IMG/VR virus record: IMGVR_UViG_3300020187_000010
Reading direction: 5' to 3' (one strand)
Length of the DNA stretch: 64,000 bases
Source of the DNA: a virus
Below the pieces are notes generated by a model. The model was not told where the DNA came from. It did not search any database and worked only from the letters and a program-made list of their open reading frames with translations. This document shows, one piece after another, positions 16,201 to 25,995 of the stretch (positions are counted from its first letter, which is position 1; each line of letters opens with the position of its first letter). A program made the translations under genes and the position numbers.

Positions 16201-16333
16201 TGATGGCCATGACCACATCACTATCACCGTGAGTGAGAAGATCCACCGGATCGCCAACATTATAAGAGACAGTGTTGAGGTTGTCTCGCATTATCTTGAA
16301 CGAGTCACTTAGTTTCGTAAATGGTCTTGACAT
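13292..16333 (-). CDS. Acidic repeat-rich tail fibre/virion protein (1013 aa)
   Basis: 11 copies of D[AV]SGDI.LDADG..[VI].[FL]KD.G; several (V/A).AINE[IL] fibre motifs at both ends. Confidence 0.75.
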   Translation of the reverse strand: MSRPFTKLSDSFKIMRDNLNTVSYNVGDPVDLLTHGDSDVVMAINEIERVFDASSGEIIYPTGNALQGETQTRLLISTNQASGTDVQFNVGANFNVDAVGDINLDAGGSNINFLDDSVSRIAFTLGTTNTVGVTGILDLDISSNLDIDVSGDTTLTSTGATRIETTTYTVDASGDIILDADGGNVTFKDAGVTEYDFATDGTVSRTGNLTFDISGDIIFDADGANITYKDGGVTRIAYTMGTTNTEAVTGNYTLDVSGNIILDADGANIDLKDGGVSRFEYGLGASNTLDITGNLTQTVSGNFSDSANGTRDITSTGAMSHTTLGTLTTTSLGQTHNVAGNFTVDASGDITLDADGGQLYLTDGGANKVTYNFGTNQEIDVVGSLIFDVVNDIVLDAGGGDIDLKQAGTTRFAYGLGSANTLDVTGTLTTTTSGNNTLTVAGDHSDSASGTRDISSTNGINIDTRGPMTNTAGGAFNLVTESNMGLTAGGNLTADVEGDINLDANGGNVTLKDNGAIRFDFVMGANQEIDVPTGNLTVDVAGDIVLDADGGDIDFKDAGTSRFSYGMGASNTLDVNGNLTQTVSGNQSDSAGGTYSVTSSGAMSHTTLGTLTTTSLGQTHTADGNYLIDASGDITLDADGNDIYFKDGASTRIRHQLGATNNITVTGDYNISVSDSASLTTTNGYSLTIGGSVKENITVNKTTTVGGTLVNAIIGALNDSADSYGLTTTGSIVQTAGGSTSTTAGTTATINAGTNILLDAEGDITLDANGADIFFKDGGVTKFTYNLGTNQEVDVVGNLTYDVSGDITLDADGGNVFLKDATVQFGEFRNSGNHLDIYSGTGLAIEMDATKVEIHGRAFHTDEDLDTTAQDVAGGINELHLQLDSAVTEIESEKLITRAHLDIIQSGGTTANMSGTGISTLDTTSKFIVPAINEIHTQLDSAVGEIEVVKGRVTSNDTDILNLSNRVGQLNTLDSSAPGNFFEGINNDSIVKALNELASRTVLIYDENGTLLN

Positions 16334-16570
16334 CTATAGTTTCTCTACTAGTTGTGAAAGTAAGGATTTGATATCATGGATATCTGACTCTAGTCTATCA
16401 ACCTTTACTTTAAGATTCTTTTCATCTTGCATCTTTTGTTTACGGAGTTTCTTCTGTTCCCGTGCAAGTTGTATTTCACTTCTATTTATATTAATAATGG
16501 CACCCGACTCTGCATCTCTTGCAAAATCGGGTTCATCTTTTACGTGTACCAACTGTCTCTGTTTTCTCAT
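16334..16570 (-). CDS. Conserved small T4-like phage protein (coiled coil)
   Basis: VKDEPDFARDAESGAIIN...DIKSLLSQL pattern typically found after the DUF4815 gene. Confidence 0.7.
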   Translation of the reverse strand: MRKQRQLVHVKDEPDFARDAESGAIININRSEIQLAREQKKLRKQKMQDEKNLKVKVDRLESDIHDIKSLLSQLVEKL

Positions 16571-16571
16571 A

Positions 16572-19500
16572 TTATACTGCCAGTGATATAATTCTCAAGT
16601 CACGGAATGAAGGTACTTTCGCACTGTTGGTCGATCTCATAACAATCTTAACTTGGAACTGTGTGAATGGTGACATAGTACCACCATCACCACCTACAAG
16701 ATAACGGTATTCACGGAACACGTTCTTGTTAGTATCAACTGGTAGAACGGTTTCAGAATTAACCAGAGTCCATGCAGATCTCTTAATGTCATCACCCGCA
16801 CTTGCGACTTTCCAATAAACTTGGAAGTCTGACTCAGGAGGTCTATTCGCAGCAAGTAAGATCTTCAGTCCAACAGCCTGTTCGGTAAGAGTTGTTATTT
16901 TAGTAACATGTTTTGCAGACTCAGTACCATATAGAGGGTTAGTTTCACCGACATAAGATAATGGTACATTGAAACCATCCGTAGACGAAGAATCTTGTCT
17001 AGAGATCATGTTGTGAATAGTGTTCAACTTACAACGTTGTAAATCAATGACTGGAGACAAGTATGGATTGGTTGTCTTCAATGTTAACTGTACAGTAGCA
17101 GATCTCTCGCCATTGAGTTTACCTGCGGTTGACAGATTCTCGGTGCGTCTGTTAAATAGTGCACGAGGATTTGTGAACTCATTATTCTTCTTGTTCTCAA
17201 TGATGTTATATGAACCATCTTTAACAAATCGAACTTGACTTCCTGCCAATGCGGACTGACTAGTAGTCTTAATCGACATAGTGTAGTTAGTCTCGCCTGG
17301 TTGTTTGATATCAATCTCGGGTCTCAATACTTCGAAGTTCATGTTTCTCTGAGAAGTTACAGAAGAACCACCGAACCACTTACGAGAGGTCGCAGATGAA
17401 GTTGCAGCATAGGTGTAACCAGAGTTATCAAAATCGATAACAGTACGTACCCCATTAACATCTGCACCGGTCAAACCGTTACCAAAGTCAGTTGCAGAGT
17501 CGATACCTCGAATCCAAGTCTTATCACCATCTCTAAGGCCATGACCTTTGAACATAACACGTACTGTGTTAGATCCAGAATCCACTACCAAAGGATCTTT
17601 AGACAAAGATACTGGAGGTATGTTTGCATTCTCAAGGATAGCATTACCAGAGGTTTCAAACTTAGCAACATTGATTCTGTATGAAAGATCTTGACCACTA
17701 GAAGGTTCCCACAATTTAGCATTCTGAGATTTAAAGAATCCACCCAGAGTTGTTTGTTGTGAGATGAACGCTTCGTTAGAGTTCAATTGGTGTTCACCGA
17801 CAGTTGCAACATATACGTTATAGTCCGGATCATTGTTGCCCGGTCTTAGTACGAGTGCATACTCTCCACCCGCAACAAATACCGGATGATCAAATGTAAA
17901 CGTAGTAGCATTCTGCAACATTTGTTTGTTGGTAGATCCTTCTGGAACAAGAGATACTTGACTTGCAGATAATTTCTTAGTTGCAATAATCTTACTTGAA
18001 GACGGAACGCCATTCACAGTAGGTCTCAACTCACAGAATACAGGAGCAGAAGAAGACTTACTTGCAAAGTAAACATCAACAGATGTAATGAATACACCGG
18101 CAATTTGTTTAACCAAGAAGGTCTGCGCGATTGGATCGTTATATTCTAGTCTATTATTGGTATGTCTGTAATTGATACCACCTTTACCCTGTCGAGTAGT
18201 TCTTTCTACTGGAGTTAGGTCGGCATCAGTCACCGCACCGCCCGGAGGAACTGTAGTGTCTGTTACATGATCTACCGGAGTGATTTGGTTGAGATAATTT
18301 ACCTCAGAAGTTTCACCAACATGTTCTGTAGATGATGTGGTATCACCGACCAGAGTAGAATATGTTTCGGTAGATACTACATCTGTAGCAATTTCTGTCG
18401 AGATAACAGATTCAGTCCATACAGTTGAACTTGAAGCAATTGTTCTATCAACATCACTGGTACTGTTACCTACGATTTTAAGTACGCGAGTTACTTCGAC
18501 TTCATCTTCATACTCTTCGAGAACACCTTTAGAGTGGAACATTGCTCTACCATAAGACATTGCAGCACTGAAGTCATTGACATTTACGTCAAGTAATGCA
18601 AACTCACGAGGCCCTGTGTAGAAACGCATTGCTTGGTTGTTAGGTACTTCGAACGAACCAATAATACTACCTTCTGCGTCAGATATAAGGTTGGTCTTAC
18701 CAGAACTATGTTCTTGGGTAGTACGTTGAACACCTTCACCATCTTCAGTACTTTTAGATGCAAGGTAATTGCGTTGAGCCCAAGTACTGAACGTAGTCTG
18801 TTCCCTACAGAAAGAAGATACGTTAGAACCATCAAAGAATGGGAAGTACTGTGTATTAGGACGCAGACCTTCAGCTTTGAATTGAATATCAATCGAACGC
18901 ATGAAAGGAATGACCGATACATCGATAACCTTTTTACCAACTACGTCACGAATAGTAGACTCACTCGCAATACGGTTTACTGTATTGGAAGTTGTTGTTG
19001 TTGTTGTGGTATCCGTAGTAGACTCATACGCATTTTCAGTTTCGATTGTGCGTGTGGTTTCATAAGTAGATGTGTTAACAGTCTTAACTTTATCTCTAGT
19101 TTCGGTAGTAACAACATCCCACATATCAGTGGTAATTTGTTCGGCAGTCCAAGGGTTGTAATAACCATATGAATAAGAACCTGTTCCACCTAAGCCAAAG
19201 TAAGAACCAGACCAGTTACCAGTCCAACCACCCCAATAGTTATGGTTCCACCAAGAATCTATTACTGTACGTGAGATTTCTTCTTCACGTTCACGTGATA
19301 CTTCTACAGTTTCGGTATAAAGAGTTTCAACATCAGTCACATGACCGACTTCAACCCACTCACCGAGAGTTTCGGTTGTCTCGGTACCAATAAGAACAGG
19401 ATCTGAACTATTGTGTGTTATCGAAGTTGCGGTACCACTTACAAATGAAGTTGCAGCATCACCAGCTTCTAGGTCAGAAGGATCTACACCAAACCATTCG

Positions 19501-22454
19501 TTCTCGGAGTTGTTCCAGTTCAATGCGTGTTTGAGGTCAAATTCACTTGAACGACCCACAACAGTTTCACCAATCTTCTGAGTCTCTTTCCAAGAATCAG
19601 TTTCCGGAGAAAGTTCTACACTACCGACAATGGTAGGAACATAGAAAGGTGCGAGGTTTTCTGTACCAGAAGCGAGTTCTTGCGCTTCATATGCAATTTC
19701 GGTATGGTTCAACATAACGAAGTCACCGAATACACCGGTACGTAGTTGACCGACATGATCACTGTCATAGAAAAGATCTGCACAGTCTTCTACAAAAGTA
19801 GGACGTAACAGTTTACCTCTCTTGTCAATCGCAGCACGATATTCAGGAGACTTAGTTTGAGAATGAGAATGTGACTTGAAGTTGTCTACAAAGAATCCAG
19901 ACTTAGCACGATCATTACCCGCAGAATCCAAAACATTCATCATTTTAGTATTCAATTCGAGAAGTGACAATGTAGTCATTTCTTCAAGACGATCAACTTT
20001 CTCTTCTAGTTTGTTGATGTCCTGCATCGTATAACCCTTACGTGGAATAAGAGTTGTTCTCAAATCCTGAGTGTGCATGGTATTAGCATTCAGTCTCAGT
20101 TTATAAAGATCAATACAATCCACAGGAACATCAGGGTATTTCGGACTTAACGAAGAAGAACCGGTGATATAACGAAGTTCACCTTGTTTAGATATTACCA
20201 GACGGTCTGCACGAGGTAAGTAGTATTCGGCATCTGTAGTGATAGTATCAGTAGGTACCGGAAGAGGACAAATTGAACCAGCAGAAAATGAACCAGAACC
20301 ATCAGTTGAAGGACGGAAGTCGATTGCATCACGTAGTGACAGAAGACCACCATCAGGCAATTTCTGGCCAGGAACTTTAAGATAATCCAATTGACCATCA
20401 TAAGAGTTCACAGCATAGAACTGCCCACTTACCGAAGGTTCGAAATACTTATATCGTACAAATACGGATTGATCTGCACTATCAAAACCACCACCAGAAT
20501 AGATTAATCTACTGTCATCTTGGTGAGTAGTACGGTTACCCGCATCGAATAAGAAACTGGTGAATACATCTTCACCATCAGAATCATTAAGAGATACACG
20601 TTGAATACTATAGACATCAGATTTACCGAGAGGAAGGAAATATACACCTGCGCCATCAGAGTCTAATGAAGCAGTTACCACGGTTTCTGTCAGTGTCTTT
20701 GTTTTAACACTTGCGTTAGTTTTTCTTATGAATACAATTGCTTCATATGCAACACCATTCGACAACCCACTGAACAAAATGTCTGTGTTTCCGGATTGGA
20801 TATTTGATGCAACACTTGAAGGTGCAAACTCAGTTGCAGAAGCAACAAGGATATCACTTTCATTAACAAAACGTTCACCAGCATCGGTCAGTGTGATTGT
20901 GTGACTAGTACCAGAAGCCGTAAAGTTGTACTTCTTCATAAATGTCATAGTGACATCAGTGAAAGACTTGGGTCGTCTTAATGGAGTATCAAACAGTAAA
21001 GCATTTTTCTTAGGTTCATGTACAATACTTCCGCCATTACCTGTTACTTGAACAAGGTTTATGTAGTGAGTATTGGTCGAAGATTTAATAGATTTGACAT
21101 CACGTAAACTATAATTATAGTTATCTCGTTGGATGTCGAATAAATGTGCCTTGTATAAAGGTGGTCTCACATAGGTGTATCCACCAGTACGAAGTCCGGT
21201 GGAACCTTCGGTCAATGCACGAATGTGTGCAGTACCGATTGCACTATCTGCACCATCAAAACCCGCATATAATGTCACCTCTTCGCAAGTATCAATATCC
21301 AACATACCAACACCACTATCGAAATAGTAGTAGTTCCCGTAGTCGATACCAATCTGTTCTTCTTCTCTTGCAATAGTGTCTCTTGCTTTAGGAATCGGTA
21401 TATTGCGAGTAGAAGTAGTTGCAGCTCTATATCCATCGATATATGCTGTGCCTGGATCTACCTTCAACATCAATGTAGATGATGCGTTTGTACCATTAGG
21501 TTCTACGCGAAGTTTCCAATACTTCTGGATGAAGTCTCCATTAATCTCTCGGACACGTGTAGCAACGTGATTCCGGACTCTATTGAAACCTTCATCATCA
21601 GATTGTTGATCGACTAATCTACCACCTTCGATACGACCGAAATACACGAAGGTATCTCCGGTCACCATCTGGTCTCGTCTAATCAGTTCTAATCGAATAC
21701 GGTATCTGTCTGCGCCAGGCGAAGCACGGTTAGGAGTTACATTTTGATTGTCATACAGTGCATCAGTATCGGATACTGTTATAATGTCTTGAATAACTTT
21801 AAAACCAATATCTGCTGTCTGGAAATTCTTATACTTATCAAGGAATAGACTCTGTTTAGGACAGAATACAAAGTGTCCTTGAACATAAAATTCTGATTGT
21901 CCAACTTCAACCTGAGAACCATATCCGACTGCCGGATTGGTAGATGTGTTGATTGTTTGAACTGTTAAGTTAATGTTAGACCCGTTGGAGAGTACTTCGC
22001 CAGGCGTAACAAAGGTACTAGTAGTAAGTGGTAGACTAGGACTCTGTGTATTTGGATTGTCCAAGTACTGGACAAAAAGAGTATCAGGGTCACTGTTCAC
22101 AGAAGCAACTGCTTCATAGATCTTGACTTTGATACTCGAATCCGCACCAGTTAACACGACACCCTTCAATGCACTTACAGTATCAAAAGAGTTATTTTGA
22201 TCGTTCTCTATTTTGATGAACGCATAATGGTTGTTAGGTGCAACACCACCAGCTTTAGTAGGAACACCATCCTTTTGGAATATGTTATCAGCAAACCTTT
22301 TAATTTCTTTTTGGATGATGGTCTGCATCTGTGTAAGTTCACGTGCTTGCAATGCACGACCGGCATTGAACAAGATACGTGAGTAATTATCACTATCCGC
22401 GTGATCATCCTTGTAGGTTGATCTGAATGTTTGTTCTGTAAATGTGTTTGGCAT
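16572..22454 (-). CDS. Large virion structural protein, DUF4815/VrlC-like (1960 aa)
   Basis: YKDD...YSRILF..GRALQARELTQMQ N-terminus, PGADRY, YYLPRAD, KSGFFVDNF, DPIAQTF, ITSVDVYF motifs. Confidence 0.85.
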   Translation of the reverse strand: MPNTFTEQTFRSTYKDDHADSDNYSRILFNAGRALQARELTQMQTIIQKEIKRFADNIFQKDGVPTKAGGVAPNNHYAFIKIENDQNNSFDTVSALKGVVLTGADSSIKVKIYEAVASVNSDPDTLFVQYLDNPNTQSPSLPLTTSTFVTPGEVLSNGSNINLTVQTINTSTNPAVGYGSQVEVGQSEFYVQGHFVFCPKQSLFLDKYKNFQTADIGFKVIQDIITVSDTDALYDNQNVTPNRASPGADRYRIRLELIRRDQMVTGDTFVYFGRIEGGRLVDQQSDDEGFNRVRNHVATRVREINGDFIQKYWKLRVEPNGTNASSTLMLKVDPGTAYIDGYRAATTSTRNIPIPKARDTIAREEEQIGIDYGNYYYFDSGVGMLDIDTCEEVTLYAGFDGADSAIGTAHIRALTEGSTGLRTGGYTYVRPPLYKAHLFDIQRDNYNYSLRDVKSIKSSTNTHYINLVQVTGNGGSIVHEPKKNALLFDTPLRRPKSFTDVTMTFMKKYNFTASGTSHTITLTDAGERFVNESDILVASATEFAPSSVASNIQSGNTDILFSGLSNGVAYEAIVFIRKTNASVKTKTLTETVVTASLDSDGAGVYFLPLGKSDVYSIQRVSLNDSDGEDVFTSFLFDAGNRTTHQDDSRLIYSGGGFDSADQSVFVRYKYFEPSVSGQFYAVNSYDGQLDYLKVPGQKLPDGGLLSLRDAIDFRPSTDGSGSFSAGSICPLPVPTDTITTDAEYYLPRADRLVISKQGELRYITGSSSLSPKYPDVPVDCIDLYKLRLNANTMHTQDLRTTLIPRKGYTMQDINKLEEKVDRLEEMTTLSLLELNTKMMNVLDSAGNDRAKSGFFVDNFKSHSHSQTKSPEYRAAIDKRGKLLRPTFVEDCADLFYDSDHVGQLRTGVFGDFVMLNHTEIAYEAQELASGTENLAPFYVPTIVGSVELSPETDSWKETQKIGETVVGRSSEFDLKHALNWNNSENEWFGVDPSDLEAGDAATSFVSGTATSITHNSSDPVLIGTETTETLGEWVEVGHVTDVETLYTETVEVSREREEEISRTVIDSWWNHNYWGGWTGNWSGSYFGLGGTGSYSYGYYNPWTAEQITTDMWDVVTTETRDKVKTVNTSTYETTRTIETENAYESTTDTTTTTTTSNTVNRIASESTIRDVVGKKVIDVSVIPFMRSIDIQFKAEGLRPNTQYFPFFDGSNVSSFCREQTTFSTWAQRNYLASKSTEDGEGVQRTTQEHSSGKTNLISDAEGSIIGSFEVPNNQAMRFYTGPREFALLDVNVNDFSAAMSYGRAMFHSKGVLEEYEDEVEVTRVLKIVGNSTSDVDRTIASSSTVWTESVISTEIATDVVSTETYSTLVGDTTSSTEHVGETSEVNYLNQITPVDHVTDTTVPPGGAVTDADLTPVERTTRQGKGGINYRHTNNRLEYNDPIAQTFLVKQIAGVFITSVDVYFASKSSSAPVFCELRPTVNGVPSSSKIIATKKLSASQVSLVPEGSTNKQMLQNATTFTFDHPVFVAGGEYALVLRPGNNDPDYNVYVATVGEHQLNSNEAFISQQTTLGGFFKSQNAKLWEPSSGQDLSYRINVAKFETSGNAILENANIPPVSLSKDPLVVDSGSNTVRVMFKGHGLRDGDKTWIRGIDSATDFGNGLTGADVNGVRTVIDFDNSGYTYAATSSATSRKWFGGSSVTSQRNMNFEVLRPEIDIKQPGETNYTMSIKTTSQSALAGSQVRFVKDGSYNIIENKKNNEFTNPRALFNRRTENLSTAGKLNGERSATVQLTLKTTNPYLSPVIDLQRCKLNTIHNMISRQDSSSTDGFNVPLSYVGETNPLYGTESAKHVTKITTLTEQAVGLKILLAANRPPESDFQVYWKVASAGDDIKRSAWTLVNSETVLPVDTNKNVFREYRYLVGGDGGTMSPFTQFQVKIVMRSTNSAKVPSFRDLRIISLAV

Positions 22455-22463
22455 TTCTTAATC

Positions 22464-23834
22464 CTAGATAGTAATTACGATTTTCAGGTCTTCGGTTTGA
22501 TCGGTGGATCGCGTTACAGCTGAACGGTTATCAATATATAGTAGATCCCCAGTGTACGGATTAAACTCACCGTCTACTTTACTGGTTATCGAACCGTTAA
22601 TATTTGTGTTACCTACCACCTGAATTTCTTCTGCAACTTGGAAGGAAGTGAATCCAGTTGTTTCGTTTTGATGATACCAGATTGTATCCGAATCATTAGT
22701 GTTGTCGATGATTGCAACTGCGCCAGAAGTAACACCTTGAATCTGAGATTTTTGCACAATAGACTTGACAAATCCTGATCCATCGTGTATAATACTATTA
22801 AGTGCCAGAGCGGAAGTAGATGTAAGTAAAACACCTTCTGCACTATCAACTCTTGGATTGCGTACCAATAACACTTGACGGAATATCTCGTCACCAGTAA
22901 TAAAGTCACCGTTTTCAATACCATCTGGTTTGGAGTTAAACATAACACCATTTGCCTTCAGGTCAATAACAGGATTAGATCCAACACCAGATGCTTGTCC
23001 CAATACAGGACGAACAATACAAGAGTCACCACCACCACCAGAAATTAATACGTTTGCATAGTCGTAACCACTACCAAAGTAAGAGTTGCCCGAGTTACCC
23101 GCAGAGTCGGCCTTGACCTTGATGTCTACGATAGTCTCACCCGCACGTACCGCATAAGCAATCGCACCAGTACCATTACCTACGATACTTACCGAAGGTG
23201 CAGATGTATAACCAGATCCACCATTAGTTACTTTATAACCAACGATTTGTCCTTTTACCGCAGCGTTCTGGACTAGTTGTTGTTGTAGATCTTCGGCAGG
23301 AGAATCCGAGTCGGTTGAACCAACAAATCTTACAGGCATATATGCAGATGACAAAAACTTATCTGCACGTAATGCACCGATAGAGTAAAGGAACTTCCAC
23401 GTGTAACCATCCGCAGTACGGAATGGTGTACCGGTAGTGTTACCAGTAGGTTGGTTGGTAGATAACTGCGAAGAACCATCCTGTTTCTTACCCTGTTCCA
23501 AACAGATGTAAATCTCGTTATTCGAGTTGATTACATAGAAAGGATTCTCGGGGAAACCTACATCGTTATCATCATATGCAGAGTAGATAAGGTTAGCAAC
23601 CCATATTCTACGTGGAATTACATATGAGGCATCTTCGATGAGTTTTGCAGATTGCAAAGAATTTCTTGCCTGTCTGACAGAACGTGAATCATTAGTAGGA
23701 ACAGTCGCAAGATCAGAAGCATTCCAATCTTCGGATCTACCAATGGCCGCATAGTATCTTACAGAAGAAGAGTCCAAGTCCGTAAGAAGATCATCTAAGA
23801 CCTGTTTTTTAAATTGATCGGTAATTACTGGCAT
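22464..23834 (-). CDS. gp8: Baseplate wedge subunit gp8-like
   Basis: YAAIGRSEDW, IPRRIW, FYVINSNNEIYICL, DGYTWKFLY, YIDNR..VTRS.DQTEDLKIVI. Confidence 0.85.
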   Translation of the reverse strand: MPVITDQFKKQVLDDLLTDLDSSSVRYYAAIGRSEDWNASDLATVPTNDSRSVRQARNSLQSAKLIEDASYVIPRRIWVANLIYSAYDDNDVGFPENPFYVINSNNEIYICLEQGKKQDGSSQLSTNQPTGNTTGTPFRTADGYTWKFLYSIGALRADKFLSSAYMPVRFVGSTDSDSPAEDLQQQLVQNAAVKGQIVGYKVTNGGSGYTSAPSVSIVGNGTGAIAYAVRAGETIVDIKVKADSAGNSGNSYFGSGYDYANVLISGGGGDSCIVRPVLGQASGVGSNPVIDLKANGVMFNSKPDGIENGDFITGDEIFRQVLLVRNPRVDSAEGVLLTSTSALALNSIIHDGSGFVKSIVQKSQIQGVTSGAVAIIDNTNDSDTIWYHQNETTGFTSFQVAEEIQVVGNTNINGSITSKVDGEFNPYTGDLLYIDNRSAVTRSTDQTEDLKIVITI

Positions 23835-23847
23835 TTTTTATATATTC

Positions 23848-24849
23848 CTACGAAGTTGTTACGTTATCAGTTTTATTTATCACAATCCACTGAGTCCCAA
23901 ACCACATCAAAGTAACAGATTCGTTCTGTGGTAGTATAAGACTTGCATACGCAGCAAGATTACTTGAAGTTTCGTTAATAGTTTGTGTACCCGCACCTTT
24001 ATTAACAAGATATTTAACTTCACCATTTAGTCCAGATGTACCACTCGCTAAACTGTGTGCACCGGTAGTACTATTGGTGAATAATGTTATTGGTGAATTT
24101 GCACTTACAGTACCACCACCTGTCGAAATACCCTGTGTTTTTAATACAAGTTTAGAGTCAACTTTAACTCCACCATTACCCGAACCCTTGAGTGATAGTG
24201 CGGAGTTTGGTTCACCCGCAGCTTGCACTATTGCAGGTACGCTAGTGGGGGAGTTACCAATTCGAATAAAGTTTGTTGCAGAACCGGAGTCTTGGAATTG
24301 TATTAATTCGTTACCCGCACTATCAAGAATCTCTTTACCGATAACCGGAGAGTTAAGAGTAGGATTCTGAAGTGTCTTGTTCTTTAATATTGCGGTGTGG
24401 TCATTAAATACAAAAGTATCTGCCGCACCCAACAGTGGTAATGTAATTGTTCTATTCGCAGCCAACTCATTCACTGCAACCACATATCTGTGATTCGATG
24501 AAGTGTCATTAATCTGTGGGGTAGTCAAAATAGGACTTAGTAAAGTCTTGTTAGACAATGTTTGTGTTGCAGAGTCCATAACCAATGCACCAGAATAGTT
24601 CGGTATTGTAACCGTGTTATCTGCTGTTGGGTTAGCGACTTGCAAACGAGTCTCAAAATTGTTCTCGACAGATCCTTCGAATATAATACCCGAAGAGTCA
24701 AAGTCGATCAACGCCATCAGAGATGCACCATCTCCAAGTTTGCTGTAGATCTCTTGGAAGTTTTGTTCAATCTTCAACGATGCAGTACGAAGTGTATCAC
24801 CCGTACCATCGTTCGCGATTGTGCCTCTGTTTAATACTTGTCTAGTCAT
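23848..24849 (-). CDS. Baseplate protein with T4 gp9/gp10-type N-terminus
   Basis: MTRQVLNRGTIANDGTGDTLRTASLKIEQNFQEIY; TLSNKTL repeats. Confidence 0.8.
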   Translation of the reverse strand: MTRQVLNRGTIANDGTGDTLRTASLKIEQNFQEIYSKLGDGASLMALIDFDSSGIIFEGSVENNFETRLQVANPTADNTVTIPNYSGALVMDSATQTLSNKTLLSPILTTPQINDTSSNHRYVVAVNELAANRTITLPLLGAADTFVFNDHTAILKNKTLQNPTLNSPVIGKEILDSAGNELIQFQDSGSATNFIRIGNSPTSVPAIVQAAGEPNSALSLKGSGNGGVKVDSKLVLKTQGISTGGGTVSANSPITLFTNSTTGAHSLASGTSGLNGEVKYLVNKGAGTQTINETSSNLAAYASLILPQNESVTLMWFGTQWIVINKTDNVTTS

Positions 24850-24877
24850 TCTCTTTTTACCTAAAGATTATATGTTC

Positions 24878-24885
24878 TATTTATA
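24878..24885 (-). promoter_or_regulatory. T4-type late promoter TATAAATA
   Basis: Exact consensus upstream of 24849. Confidence 0.7.
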
Positions 24886-25995
24886 CTAATAATTGTTATC
24901 TATTACTTCACGGAGAGAAATTTCTCCATCAGAATCTCCGACCGGAGTCTGGAATAGATTATTATCAGAATCTATACGAGAAACCTGTGGGTTCCACGTG
25001 AAGGTTTCTTGATCTATACTTTCTGTAGATGATAAATCGAATCCAGAGTAAGTAGTTGAACCGTCACTATCATCATCCAACGTTGGGGAATCAGGCGTGA
25101 GGTATTCACCAAGACTTGAATACAGTCTATCGAGGTTATCGATTGTAAGATCTTGCACGTCATTCAGGTCATTACCCATAGGTATACCCAGATACAATTC
25201 ACTTGAGTCTCTGGCCAGGCCTGCACTACTACCCATATTTGTTCGGAACTTCAAAGTTCCTCCTTCATCGGTCGCACCAAAGTCGAATAGTGCGGTATGT
25301 TGTTGGAAACCAAGTGGTGATAATCCACCAATACCTTCCAATACAATCGGTGGTTTGATTGCTTCGCCCGGATCATACTGTAACTGATCTATTGATGCAG
25401 TACCTACGATTTGAGTGAGACCACCAAGGTACATACCGGCAGGATGCACCATGAGTTTATATGCATCACGCCATTGCGCAAGAGAAAGTTCTGATCTAAT
25501 CTGTATTGCGTAGGTTTGATATAGTTTATTGTCAGTAAGGTACCTTGCACTCTCTGCACCAACCTTAGACTCATTCAACTTGAATATGTATTGTTTTGTG
25601 TAAACAACATCTGGTTCAATGTCAAAGAAAGTTTTAAAGAATTGTCGAATACTGTATCTAGTACCTTTGGCACGATACAGATAACTTGAGTATTTTACTG
25701 CGGTTCTTTTATCAACAAACCCTTGAAAGTAATTCTGACCTAACAGATACTCATCTTCAAAATAAGTAAGAAGATCCAAATCTGTTTGTGACACATCTCG
25801 CGTCTCGAACATGTTGTTCAAAAAACGAGTCAACGAATCTTCTTGATTCTCAAAGTCAAAGTAGGCCTTGATGAAACTTACAAACTTAGGATACTCTGCA
25901 AGGATATGCGAAGGTAAGACGGACTCGATCTGATCCGCTCTCAGATTGATGTCACGTCTTGTAGTATCTTTATGTGTTTTATCGAATATTGACAT
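24886..25995 (-). CDS. Baseplate wedge protein, gp7-like (short)
   Basis: LP..I..EYPKFVSFIKAYFDF, YRAKGT..SI..FFK, HPAG motifs; lies between gp6 and gp8/gp9. Confidence 0.7.
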   Translation of the reverse strand: MSIFDKTHKDTTRRDINLRADQIESVLPSHILAEYPKFVSFIKAYFDFENQEDSLTRFLNNMFETRDVSQTDLDLLTYFEDEYLLGQNYFQGFVDKRTAVKYSSYLYRAKGTRYSIRQFFKTFFDIEPDVVYTKQYIFKLNESKVGAESARYLTDNKLYQTYAIQIRSELSLAQWRDAYKLMVHPAGMYLGGLTQIVGTASIDQLQYDPGEAIKPPIVLEGIGGLSPLGFQQHTALFDFGATDEGGTLKFRTNMGSSAGLARDSSELYLGIPMGNDLNDVQDLTIDNLDRLYSSLGEYLTPDSPTLDDDSDGSTTYSGFDLSSTESIDQETFTWNPQVSRIDSDNNLFQTPVGDSDGEISLREVIDNNY

